From NCBI RefSeq assembly GCF_020745735.1, contig NW_026867508.1:248001-304684 (forward strand): a DNA stretch of 56,684 nucleotides, given 5' to 3'. Both the position numbers and the translations under genes were made by a program. Below, in pieces: positions 13,501 through 25,300 of the stretch (the stretch's first letter is position 1; each line of letters begins with the position of its first letter). This stretch comes from Hemiscyllium ocellatum. Its lineage: Eukaryota. The notes under the pieces were generated by a model, which worked only from the letters and a program-made list of their open reading frames with translations, was not told the origin of the DNA and searched no databases.

Positions 13501-13580
13501 AGCCAGCCCACCATTCTGTACTCTTGTTTCCAGCCACAAAAACGCCCAACTATTCCCTTACGACTGCGTCTCCTGTAACT
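10570..13580 (-). mobile_element. Nested or adjacent CR1-type LINE fragments, decayed
   Basis: RT motifs in minus ORFs: DSEEGSQIIYQDINHLESWTEKMQIEF (10705-11160), NVVPLFK...TSVVGKLLENII (11528-11743), YFEKVTKYVDEGRAV (12227-12421), KLDRSPAPGGIFPRILWEAR (12517-12882). Confidence 0.8.
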
Positions 13581-13899
13581 ATTACATTTCTATACCTCTT
13601 TCGTCCTCCCTCTGGAAAGAGCCAAAAACGATGCCATGAATTCAGCTTCCTCAGAATGGCTTCCACTAATCTCTGTTTTACTTTATGCCTCCTTATTTTT
13701 AATCCATGGACCTTAGTTTTAGCTCAATTTCCTGAAAATCAGAAAGTAACCAACAAGAAAATTCCCAAGAGGATCCCTCACAAAAACGCCTTAGTAAAAA
13801 TTTATCGCTAGTGCAGTACTGTCGATCCGCTAGCAGTGGTGACCTGATGTCGTTTCAAACAGAAGAGAGCAACCTCCATCTACATTTCCCCCATTGAGT

Positions 13900-14085
13900 G
13901 CAGAAATGTGTATACAGACAGAAACGCACAATGATAGGCACACATAGAAACACATGCTCATGCAGGTACACAAGCAGACAGACAGAAACACACAGATAGA
14001 AACACAAAGATACACACATAGAAGCACACGAATATAAAACGCACAGAGATGCGTGCACGCACATACACAAACATAAACATTTAGC
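13900..14085. repeat. Degenerate (CA)n-rich low-complexity tract
   Basis: acacatagaaacacatgc...gcacgcacatacacaaaca pattern. It explains the spurious V/C-rich minus ORFs. Confidence 0.7.
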
Positions 14086-14099
14086 TTAGCAAGCACATC

Positions 14100-14740
14100 A
14101 GTGAGACTAGATCAGATTGGGATGTCGGGTCAGCACAGCTGAAGTGACTGTTTCAGTACTGAATGACTCTATGAGTTGGCAGTTCCGAAGGCAAATGAAA
14201 TGTCAGCATTCATGTTGAGAGCATCAGAATGCAAGAGTAGGGATGCATGACTGAGGCTGTATAGGGTTCTGGTCAGACAGCATTTTGAAAGTCGTGAGCA
14301 TTTTTGTACCTGATTTCTAAGGAAGGGTGTGCTGGTCTTGGAGGTGGTTCAGAGAAAGTTTCCAAGAATGATCCGAGGATGAATAGCTTGTCATGTTCGA
14401 GGTGGTTGAAGTCTCTGAGTCTGTACATGATGGAGTTTGGAAGGATGTGTAAATCTGATTGAAACTTACAGAATACTGAGAAACTGAACAGAGTGACCCG
14501 TTCGACCTGAAATGAGAAGGAATTTCTTCAACCAGAGGGTAGAGAATATGTAGAACTCATTGCAGCAGAAGTAGTGGAGACCAACTCATTGAATGCATTT
14601 AAGAGAGATATAGATAGATTCTTGCTCAATAAGGGAATCAAGGCTTGCAGGGAGAAGGCAGAAGAATGGATTCGAGAAACATATTTGCCACGATCAAATA
14701 GCAGCACAGATTCGATGGGCCAAATAGCCTAATTCTGCCA
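14100..14740 (+). mobile_element. CR1 LINE 3' end fragment
   Basis: Typical CR1 3' sequence (ttcttcaaccagagggtag...gcatttaagagagatatagatagattcttg...atgggccaaatagcct). Confidence 0.7.
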
Positions 14741-15209
14741 CTCTTACCCTACACCCTTCCAGTTTCCATACTAATCATGACTCCACCTCTATTTGAAACT
14801 CGTCAGATTTCACTTTCTTATAGACACCAGTATAAAGAATCCATTACACCCACTAGAAGATGGAGATGAATGAAGTGCGGGTGTGTGTGCCCACACACGC
14901 ATTTGTGTGTGTGTATGAGAGAGGCGGAGGAGAGTGATTTCTGACAGATCCCAACGAAGTGATTCACTGTAATGAGCCATCAACGTCGATCGTCCTGTGG
15001 GAATGTTGTATCTAACAGAAATAAATTTACATTCTTTTCATTTGAAAAATGTACTTTATTCATTAAAAATCTGTCTGTATGCATTGTCACAAAAGCAGTT
15101 CAGTTCTATTCAGTTGCACATCAAGCCACGAAAACTAAAAAAAAAATGGACGTTGAATCTACCCAGAAAACCAACACTTGTCTTACTCATCCAATACTAA
15201 CATATGCAA

Positions 15210-16990
15210 TTGCTTAAGGCACGAGCAGGTTCCAATAACAGCACAGACCCCCATTTACGTACAGCAGAAAGACCTCAGACTGTGTTGTTTCCCCATTGCA
15301 TCTTCCGGCAGCTGCCCCATGCTTTAGTGTGTCCCTGACCATGTAAGTGACCTTGGGATGTGCCAGTTTGCAATACTTAATGGGGGCCAACTCCTTGTTC
15401 TGGAAGATCAACACATTTCGGGAATATCAAAGAGCATCTTTCACCAAACTAATGGTCATTTGGTCTGCGTTCCTGTGTCACAGAGCTGCTAGAGACGACC
15501 CTTGACGCAAATAATTGCACTTCCTCCAGAATCCCTTTGCAAAGGCACAATCCAGAAGGAATTGTCTGACAATCTAATCCCTCACAACCCTTCAAAGGCA
15601 GTATGCCCTGGTGCAGGGCTGACTGGATGTGCATGGAGGATCTGACAGTTCGTGCCCTTCTCACCACCAGATCAGCGACATCTTGGTAAATGTTAGCAAG
15701 TTCTGGTGAGGCGGCATTTTGCAAAATTACTGTGAGAGTCTTCTCAGGGAAGCTCTGGACAGGATTGACCTTTCTGTCAGTGTCTTGAGGATGCTATGTG
15801 CTTACCACTTCTTGATAGACTGGTGGTCAAAGGTGTTTCGCTTTGCAATTTTCTTGATGCAGGGCAGATGATGCGGGATGGTCCGTCGACTTGGAGAATT
15901 CCGTAGCTGTGAGGCCAGGCACATGATTGACAACACTGGGGACAGGTAGAACCACAGTGCATATTGACACTTGATGTTTATGTATCGAGGATCGGCACAC
16001 TGCTTGATGCAGCCACACACAAAAGTGGCTCCCAGGATGAGTGCAGCGTTGGACAAATATCTACTCCCCTTATCCAGGGTTTTGTACATGGGGTCCCTCC
16101 AGACCCGATCTATCTTAGGCTTCCAGATGAAGTGGAAAATGGCTTGAGTGACTGAAACAGCGGAGGTTCAGGGAATGGGCCAGACCTGCACCATGTCCAA
16201 CAACAGAGAGAATACCTCAGATCTGATGACCAGGTTTTTACCCACAATAGCGAGGGCGCAGTGTTCCCAAAAGACCAGTTCCTGCTTTATTTTGGTGCTG
16301 CGCTCCTCTCAACATTTTGTGCATGCTCTGAATGATATTGTGAGTCCCTTCCAATTCTCTGTCCTGACGCTGAAGGGAATGAATAATCAGTCGGCTCAAT
16401 TCCCAAAGAACATGGCCTCCACTCTTGCCTCGATTTACCTTGGCTCCAGAGGACAGTTGATACGACACACCATCCATGTACGGGGATGCTTTGACCTGCT
16501 GGCCTCAGCTGCCTGCAATAATCACCCCTCTCAGGCTCACATTCTTCCTGGGGTACTCAGCAAAGGGCTGTATACAACACACGAACAAGGCTGTATACAA
16601 CACACAAACAAGGAGAATGGAGACAGCCCTGCCTGACTCTTGTTCTGATCAGGAGGCTTTCTGATTCCTACCCATTGTCTGAGACTGTGCTGACATTGTT
16701 GATGCAGAACAGTCAGATCCATTTGCAGATTCCCTCCCGAAATCAATTTTTGGAGATCACATCTTGCATGTCGTTGTACGATATCCATCCGGTCATTGGC
16801 CGCCTCCTGGTCCGGGCTGGTGAAGCAGTTAACCGCCCCCGTGTCCTCCGTTTAAGCGTTTGCATCCCTGAGGAGACTGAGGCATCCTGTAGGCATTCTA
16901 CCTGGTACGGCAGTGCGGGTCTCGCTGACATCTTTGGCGATGACCTCAGACAGGATCTTGTAGTCTGCATTCAGCAATGATATTGGCTAA
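15210..16990 (-). mobile_element. L1/Tx1-clade LINE reverse-transcriptase remnant
   Basis: Minus fragments LSSGAKVNRGKS (RT region after YADD) and QNAASPELANIYQDVADLVVRRA (Tx1 C-terminal region); many frameshifts. Confidence 0.7.
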
Positions 16991-17636
16991 AAGATTCTCA
17001 TTTTCTCCCGCTCCCCGTTCTCTGGTAGATGAAGGTGATGGTACCTTTCATCATGGATTCGCGCATGGTACCTGCCAGAAACATAATGTAACAGTTTGAG
17101 GATTCACACAATTTCAAGTGCACATCGATATTTCAGGATGAATGTGGGGACATTTCTCCGAGAGTAATCACTGTGTGAAAGAAAGCTTTGGTTACAATGC
17201 AGGACGAACGCATTCTGAAATAATTGGATGGTGGAAACGAATTTGAAGTGCAGGGTCTCAGCTGTTCACATGTTCTACCGGGATGGAGGGCAGACCTGTT
17301 TTCATTCAGCAGTATTCACTGAACTATAATGAGTGAATGTCACAATTATGCGTATAGGCCACTAGAGGGCAGTGCGAATCCGTTAATATTGAAAATGAGA
17401 GCTGGGGGAGGAGTGACTTTCCAGAGAGTGTGAGCAACTGTGAGTATGAGAGGCATACTACAGAAACAAAGACCAAGACTCAGCTTCTTCTGCAACTTTA
17501 ACAGAAGGCGGTTCTGATTTAGACGTAAAACATGCATTATTCCAGGTACGTACTCTTATGAAAATAACGTTTCTCTCTGATGCTTCACCAGAGATAGGTG
17601 GACAATTGCTTTCACCACTGTTCTTGCTATTTGATA

Positions 17637-17970
17637 ATGTTCCCAATTTTCAGAATCCTCCTGATGTTTTCCAGTCTGATGGTCACAGAGGTGACCGGAG
17701 AAGATGAAGTGAAGCAACTCCCCCAGTGGTTGGTTGTTCATGAAATGGGCATTGTGTCCATGAATTGCACTTTTGCCAGAACAACTAACAACGTGCGTTG
17801 GTACAGACAGCTCCCTGATCAGCCACCCCAGTATCTGGTGATGGCTAAAAGAGATGATGATCAGCGTAAGAGGATCACTGCTTCAATCATTGGAGATTAC
17901 AAAACCAGTACCCTGAATGTCAGAGACACCGGACTTAATGACACCGCCACCTACCTCTGTGCAATGAAGG
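17637..17970 (+). CDS. TCR alpha/delta V gene segment (V1) with single-exon leader; apparently functional
   Basis: MFPIFRILLMFSSLMVTEVTG-EDEVKQLPQ...MNC...WYRQLPDQPPQYL...DTATYLCAMK. Both canonical Cys and Trp41 are present and the frame is open up to the RSS. Confidence 0.9.
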
Positions 17971-18009
17971 CACAGTGTCACAAACAGATGCACAGCGTGT
18001 ACTAAAACC
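17971..18009 (+). other. 23-bp-spacer RSS of V1
   Basis: CACAGTG (17971-17977), 23 nt, ACTAAAACC (18001-18009). Confidence 0.95.
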
Positions 18010-18479
18010 TACATAGATTGGGAGTTCCAGTATGTTGATGTAGAATTATCTTTGTGACTAATTCTGTACCCCAAACGCCCAGATATGGGAAACGCGAACA
18101 AAATACATCAGAAAGTGTGGAACAGCTAAAGTTAAAGATGGTCAACAGTGAGGACAATTGGATATACGGATGGGAGTGAAGGAAATGTATATTTGCAAAT
18201 CAGATAAATGATAGAGAAAAAGGAAAGTATAGAGATCCTTTCATAATACTTGCAGTGGGCAGTATGTTGGGAAACTGTTGAAGAAGAACTGGAAGCAAAT
18301 GAAAAATAAGAAGCATGATGCGCAGAGGTGAAAGGTCAGCTTAAATCACAATAAAAGTAAACATGAAGAAAATATGATAGATTTTCCTTTAAAGGGATGT
18401 TATCATCACTGGATGCCTCAGTGTCAAAACCCTGGGGATATAATGACAAATAACTTAACAGGACTCACCTCATAAACAC

Positions 18480-19050
18480 AATGGGTACAAGAGCAGGTTA
18501 GAGGCTCGGATTATTGTAGCGAGTAACGTACTTCCTGACTGCCCAAAGAGTGCCCACATTTACAAGGCACAAGTTCGGAGTGCGATGGAATATTCTCGAT
18601 CTGCCTAAATGTGCGCTGCGCCAACAAAACTCAAGAATCTTTACACCACCCAAAAACAAACAGTTCATTTGATTTGCACAGTATGCACAGCCTTCCACTC
18701 CCTCCATTACCGCCACTCAGTGTGCCCAACTGCAAGTTTCACTGCAGAGGTTTACCAGCGATCGTTCGAAACTACCTTCCAAACCCACAAACACTTCCAC
18801 GGCCAGGAGATATATGGGAACACTACCACTTTCAAGTTCCCGTCGAAGCCAATCACCACCTTAACGCGGAAACATATCAGCGTTCCATCACTGTCGTTTG
18901 GTGAAAATCCTGGAAATCCCTGCCCAATGTCATTATGCGTACACAGACAGCACGTGGACTGCAGAGTGTCAAGGTGGCAGCTCGCTCCAAAATCCTTAAC
19001 ACGTACTAGGAACGGCCAATAAATACTGACAAGCCAGCGACGCCCACATC
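18480..19050 (+). mobile_element. L2/CR1-superfamily LINE 3' fragment with A-tail; paralogous piece at ~21190-21590
   Basis: RT C-terminal-like sequence (tacaaggcacaagttcggagtgcgatggaatattctc) ending in caataaatactgacaagccagcgacgcccacatc...aaaaaaaaaa. Confidence 0.6.
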
Positions 19051-20235
19051 TCACAAATTGAAAAAAAAAACGCTTAAGCACGCTGAACACAGAATCCCGA
19101 CAGAATGGCAGCAGGGTATTGGAACCAACGGGTCTTTGAGGAAAAACACACCCAAACTATCAGTGCATCGCCTCTGGCTAATTCAGCTCCACGTTTGGAC
19201 TGTAGGAGGATTCCAGAACGCCGGCAGGAAACTGACTAAGACACAGCAAAAATGTGCAGACTGACATCTGAAGCTGAAATAGAACCGGGGTGTTTGGTGC
19301 TGGTCGGCAGCAGTCCGAACAACTGAGCCACACTGCCATCTTCTGTGGAATGCTTCCTGGAAATTCATGATTTGGTAGTGCACTAACTCATAAATTGCTC
19401 ATTTCTTGGCGCTGCAAAATTCCAAGAGATCTCATCAGAGTACGCATTAGTCACACTCACTGGAGCAGGTGAAAACCTGATCTTCTTATGGACTCCTTGA
19501 ATCATCATCAACACTTACCATTTATATTTGTGTCATTTGTAAACGTATCAGGATTTGCATCTCACGTTGTCACGTACCTCTGCTATTACACCATTCCCTT
19601 TCAGATGTTGGAGACTTTACCAAGTTGTGTTTTCTTTCCTTCTGAAACATTTGGCAATCCTGTATGGGAGTGGCTAGCAATGCTGACACCTTCCTCTAAT
19701 TGTCCAGAGCAATGTGGCCATGAGGCATTGACTTGACAAACTGCAGTGCAGCTGATAATGATATAGGAGTTACATTTACAATAAGATGAAGTAAAGTTCA
19801 ATAAATGCGGTTATAATATGTCTGCCCAGTAAATGCAGCAAAAGCAGCATTCGATTCTACTGCTTCATTCATCAAAAATTGCCTTGAGGAATAAAGCTTT
19901 GATTACAATGCAGGAGGAACATCGTGTGAAAACGTTGGATGCTGCAAAGGAAATTGAAATGCAGATTCTCAGCTGCTCACAGTGTTCTGCTGGGAAGGAG
20001 GGCATATCTAGTTTCATCGAGTAGTATCGCGTGAAGTGTAATTTGTGCGAGTATGTGGATGTCGCAGTTATTTGTTCATGCAACTAGATGGCAGTGTGAT
20101 CCTGGGATAAATATTGATGACGTCTGCAGAAGGAGGAATGACCTTCCAGACCTTTCACTGTCAGAGGCTTGTTACATGAACAAGCACCAAGACTCAGCTT
20201 CTTCTGCAACTCCAACAGCAAGGCTGGTCTGCGCT

Positions 20236-20243
20236 AGACGTCA
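20236..20243 (+). promoter_or_regulatory. CRE-like element ~110 bp upstream of the V2 start (agacgtca); V1 counterpart agacgtaa at 17521
   Basis: 7/8 match to TGACGTCA at the same position in both V paralogs. CRE-like motifs are established features of TCR V promoters. Confidence 0.35.
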
Positions 20244-20351
20244 AGTGTGCATTGTTCTCGATATTTACTTGTGTAAATGTAATAGTTGCCTCCAGTTCCT
20301 CAACAGAACCCCGTGGACAATTGCTTTTGCTACTGGTGTTACAATCTGATA

Positions 20352-20685
20352 ATGTTCCGAATTTGCAGAATCTTCCTGATGTTTTCCACTCTGACTTCGA
20401 GGGATGTGACAGGAGAAGGCGATGTAACGCAATTTCCTTCGTGGATGGTTGTTCGTGAAGTGGGAATTGTGTCCATGAATTGCTCCTTTGCCATTATGCC
20501 AAACACAGTGTATTGGTACAGACAGGTTCCGAATCAGCCACCCCAACTTCTGGTGATGGCCAAAAGGGAAAATGATCAGCCCGAGAGGATCACTGCTTCA
20601 ATCAGTGGAGGCTACAAACTAAGTACACTGACTGTGAAAGACGCCAGACTTAATGACACTGCAATCTATCTCTGTGCAATGAAGG
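20352..20685 (+). CDS. TCR alpha/delta V gene segment (V2) with single-exon leader; apparently functional, paralog of V1
   Basis: MFRICRIFLMFSTLTSRDVTG-EGDVTQFPS...MNC...WYRQVPNQPPQLL...DTAIYLCAMK. Confidence 0.9.
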
Positions 20686-20724
20686 CACAGTGTTACAAAC
20701 AGATGGAAAGCGCGTACTAAAACC
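20686..20724 (+). other. 23-bp-spacer RSS of V2
   Basis: CACAGTG (20686-20692), 23 nt, ACTAAAACC (20716-20724). Confidence 0.95.
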
Positions 20725-21614
20725 AGCACAGAGTGGGATTTCCAGTTTGGTGCTTATGAAGTTTCACTGTTGCTAATTCTTGGCACCAACATCTGAGATA
20801 AGGGAAATATGAGCAAAGTACACCACAATGTATGCATCAGGTAAATTTATAGATGGTCAGAAGTGAAGACAGTTGGGGAGGCAGATGGAGGTGAAAGAGG
20901 TATATGTTTGCAAACCTGAAAGTGTGATGGAGAAAAGGAAAAGTGGAGAGATACTTTAGTAATACTTGAAGAGGGTAGAATGATGAGAAACGGTTGAAGC
21001 AGATATGGAAGAAAATGAAAACTAACAAGCATTGTGTTAAAGATCAGGTCAAATCACAGTTGAAGGAAACATGAACGAAGAATAGTGGCATGTCCTTTAA
21101 CGCTATGTTAACTTCACCGAATCTCCCACTGTCTACCTCGTGCGGATTTTAATGATTAAAAACTCAACCGGACACAATGCAAAACTGCAGCAGCAACATG
21201 AGCAGGTCAGTGACGTGGATTAATGCGGGGAGTAACATATACTTCCTGTCTCCCGAAATCCTGTCCATCATCTACAAGGCCCACTTCAGTATTGTGATGG
21301 AATACTCCCCAATTGTCCGAATGAGTGCAGCTCCAACAAGTCTTTAGATGCTTGACACCATCTAGGACAATGCAGCCCGTTTGATCGGCAGAGCATTGAT
21401 AGGCATTCACTTGTTAAAAAAACCGATAATTCTGTCCCCCAGTGGCATTGTAGGTCAACTCAGAGCAGGTGAACTGTCGCAGTTTAATAAGGCAGCTCAC
21501 CTCCACCTTCACAAGGACAATTTGGGACAGGTAGTCAATGCTGGCTAGACATCGGTTCCGACAGCCCACCAGTAAAGACATTTAAAAAAGATCAATATAT
21601 ACACATCTAAATAT

Positions 21615-21906
21615 AGAATCCCTGCAGTGTGGATGCACGCCATTCGGCCCATCGAGAGCACACCAAGCATCTGAAGAAAATCACATCTAGACCCAACCTC
21701 CCCCTGCATCTCCTATGTTACCTAAGGTCTAAGTTACCGAAGCTGCCCGCCTTTGGACTGTGCGAGGAAACCAGAACACCCATAGGAAACCCATGCAGAT
21801 TTAGGGAGAGCGTGCACCCTCCATCGTGACAGCTACCTGAGGCTGAAATCGAACGTGTGTCTTTGGTTTTACGAAACAGCAGTGCGGACCACTGAGCCAC
21901 CGTGCC
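21615..21906 (-). mobile_element. HE1-type tRNA-derived SINE (near full length); remnant paralog at ~19200-19335
   Basis: Reverse complement begins ggcacggtggctcagtgg (A box), has gttcgatttc (B box), then ...gggtttcctatgggtgttctggtttcctcgcacagtccaaagg. Confidence 0.8.
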
Positions 21907-23280
21907 ATCATCTTGAGAATGGCCGATGAAAATTCACGATTTGCTTTTCCTCCCATTCATGAATTGTTCATTTCTTTATTGAACATTTCCTGGAGATCTC
22001 ACCAGAATATGGTACAGTGACATTCTTTGAAACAGTCTGTGATTTAGTCTTCCAAGAGAATCTTTAAGTCATAGTCAGTACCAATTGCCATGCTACTAAT
22101 TTTTGTGTCACTTGTAAACTTGGTAAACATTAGTCAGGATTTGGAATTTACGTTCGCATGCACCTCTGTCCTTTCACCATGCCCATTCAAATGAGGGAGA
22201 GTTTAACAGAATGTCTTCTTTTTCCTTGAGAGATCAGGTAGCCTTGTATAAGCTGAGACAATGTGGCGGTGAGCCGCATGTTTGATGCACTGCAGTGTAT
22301 TTGATACTCATGCAGGAGTTATGTTTACGATGGAACAAAGTAAAGTTAATGAAAGGCAGTTGCAACGTATCACACCAGGAAATGCATCAGAAGCAACATT
22401 CGATTGTACTGTTTCAGTTTTTTAAAAAAATTTATTTATTTGTTTACTCATTATTGTATCAGAATCCCCCAGACCCACTGGTCCTACGCATCAGCTAATG
22501 GGACTGTCGAAGACCGAGGCCAGCTTTGTTACCTGTGACACCACAGTTATCATACTCGAACAAGATGAATTAATTCCCATTTGGAGAAGTGCTTGCTGAA
22601 ATAATAATCGACATGGGGCAACGTTTGGTTCAATCTCTGTCCATACCATTGTTTGTTAATGAACAAAGTTACTTTGCTCTTGAAATAACTGCACAGAAGC
22701 TGACATTCCGTCGCCAAGTCACCCTTCATTTATTTGTGACAGTACACTGGCCATAGATAGCCTGTTTGGATTCTGTCTGTGAAGTGAGGCGACTCAAAAT
22801 CTGGTACTTATACCTATTGACCAGGACTCCATCGATTTAACAATCCCAATGAAGGGTCTCATAGTCAATAAGATCCACCTGATTCTAATCACTCCAGTGG
22901 GTGAAACAAAAATAACAAAAAACTGCAGTGGCTGGAAATCCAATACAAAAACAAACAACCAGAGAATCGCGCAGGCCTGGCAGCAACTGTGATGAGAAAA
23001 CCGAGTGAACCTTCCGGATGCAGTAACCCATAATCTGAACTTTGTTAGTTTATCACATCAGTCATAATATGAAGTGGGGCTCAAACGAGCTTGAAACTGA
23101 TTGGCTCATCTGAAGAACAAAGGAGCCTGGTACTCATTGGCTTTCACACGATGCCTTTGCCAACAATGGTCCAACGAGCAGAGATCCGGAAATTACTCAA
23201 CCTGAATTACCCAACTCGTGACGAGAAGCATTTTAGCTTCAGCCAGTTGTTTGCATATTCACCGTGAACTCTCTGCAAAC

Positions 23281-23332
23281 ATGTTGCTAACAGCTCTGGG
23301 TTTACTCCTCACAACTGCAGCTATTCTAACTG
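23281..23332 (+). other. Signal-peptide exon (MLLTALGLLLTTAAILT-G); candidate leader of the V at 23786 or of a decayed exon at ~23430-23710
   Basis: ATG, a 17-codon hydrophobic run and phase-1 donor G|gtaggt. Splicing to the 23786 acceptor would give ...AILTGLCRG-DSVSQ in frame. Confidence 0.55.
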
Positions 23333-23785
23333 GTAGGTTAAACACCTGTCTATGTCTGTGCTTCAGCTCTTTGCTGAGAAGTGAATTATATTCAATCAAC
23401 TTGCGCAACATAGAAGCAACAATACATTCTCCGCCCAAAAAAAATCCAGATCTAAATTTTCCCCAACAATGAGCAAAATCTGACAGAAATGAGCGAGTGT
23501 AAATGAGGCAATGGCAGTGGAAGAGTTCGGCTTGAAATGCAGACAGGTCTAAGATAATTCAGATGATTTTACCGAGGGGAGAGTTTTATATTCACCAACA
23601 GTTTTCATGTTTCACTGCAGGTTTCGCGAGATGTAATGGGAAATGATCACGACATATGGAATGCAATCCAGTTTGACTTCCCTCATTTATTTCTCGGTTT
23701 ATTGATGAAGGTACATGTGCGACTTCTGGACATTAAGTATATTGTCGTGCCTTATTTAATTTTGTATAACTCCTGGCTCTTATAG

Positions 23786-24117
23786 GACTTTGTCGTGGCG
23801 ATTCTGTCTCACAAACACTGGCTGCAATCAAACTGAATGAGGGGGACGATGTGCTGTTGTTCTGTAATTACACAACAATGCTTACCTGTTCTGGTATCGT
23901 CAAACTTCCAACGGATCCGTACAGTTTCTGCTACAGAAAGACCAATACAGCGAGAAAACGGGGAGTTTTCCCCTGGGCCGGCTTTCCTGGAATTTTGATC
24001 CTGTGAACCGCACTATCAAACTGAATGTGTTGAGTACAGAACTAACAGACTCTGCGGTGTATTACTGCGCACTGAGTCCCACTGAGAATCAGAACTGGCT
24101 GACCCTGCACAAAAACT
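23786..24117 (+). pseudogene. TCR alpha/delta V pseudogene (V3) with RSS
   Basis: Acceptor ttatag|GA CTT TGT CGT GGC GAT TCT GTC TCA CAA, reading GLCRGDSVSQ...LFCNYT. A frameshift in CDR1 (~23875) is followed by YLFWYRQTSNGSVQFLLQK...TDSAVYYCALSP. RSS: cactgag (24080-24086), 22 nt, acaaaaact (24109-24117). Confidence 0.85.
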
Positions 24118-25049
24118 CTAAGACCATCTCTGTACATAATTTTGTGTTCAGCGAACAGTGAGATCCGGTGCATATCTAAAGCGATTCTTGAGCTCACAGT
24201 GATATCTGATACTTGACATTCGGACACAAATATTTACCTATTATAAATCCATTATTGAAATAAACGAATAGTTTCGTGAACGTAAAACAAATAAAAATAT
24301 TTTGTGCGTTTGTTGATGTTAGAAAATGCTGTGACAGCGATGAGCTTCTATTGAGCAGCTAGTTTTGATCCAGCACATTCCTCCAGTAAAATGGAACTGC
24401 AGCATTCAGTTTGAGAGATGATATATTGCAACACGATTCTAATAATGAAACATTGGAATAATCTGAACAATGGCAAACATTTTGTGCATTATTGAGTACT
24501 GTCCCTGTAACTTCACGTTAACCATTCCAGATTGGCATGTTATCGATTTACGGGACAACGATAACGCTGACATGTTTTAAAATATTAAGAATTAGGTAGG
24601 ATGTAACTCACAACTAAACCAATTAAAAGCATTGAGTAGCGGATGCCTGATGAGTCAGAGCCGCCAGTAAAACGTCACTTGACGTTTCTGTTGTTAGGCT
24701 GGATGGAAATGAACACTTTTAATCCTCTCAGCAAATTTCCTAATTCTTTGTCAGCAAATCACATCTGGATATTTAATCTGTGTATAGACAATCGAGTTGC
24801 TCTTCTCTTTATGGTGGTAACTGAGAAATACAAAGTCCTATTTTGGTAGCTCGCCACAAAAAGTAAATTTCCTGAATTTGGGCATTCGATCCAATAACGT
24901 GTGATTCTGTAGAATAGAGGATTAACGTGGGATTTGACATCCCTCAGGAGTTAGTACATTCTGCCGATCAGCATAACCCTGTTGTCATGGAAAAAGTGAA
25001 ACCTTTCGATCAGATCACACGTGAGACAAAATATTGAGATGTCGACAGT

Positions 25050-25300
25050 CACACTGTCCTTCCAATTCTATGAATGGCATTGAAGTTTGAAAAGGTTCAA
25101 TTTGTCGTCTTGGGTTTCATTCTGAAGAAAGTGTAATTGTCATTATTTGATGGTGGTCATCAGACATGCTGCATGAAAGAACAGAGTAGGATCTGTTTTG
25201 AGTCGCTGAGCTTCAGCGATGTACATCACCCATAAAAAGTGTCGTTCAACTCGTCGTATTCCAGAAGCTTGGGTAGATTTGACCAGAAGTTCCTCGTCGA
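25050..25300 (-). mobile_element. Possible ancient RTE-type LINE endonuclease remnant
   Basis: Minus translation fragments YDELNDTFY and NYTFFRMKPKTT resemble RTE APE-domain motifs; heavily decayed. Confidence 0.35.

Noticed and set aside
13830-14096. Cys/Val-rich ORFs (also 47223-47519)
   Set aside because: They are translations of (GT/CA)n low-complexity tracts.
23640-23710. Proximal leader exon for V3 ending at gaag|gt
   Set aside because: The phase-1 frame is hydrophilic and contains a stop. The exon at 23281 is a much better signal peptide.
24137-24201. D segment downstream of V3
   Set aside because: taattttgt is nonamer-like, but there is no cactgtg heptamer 12 nt after it.
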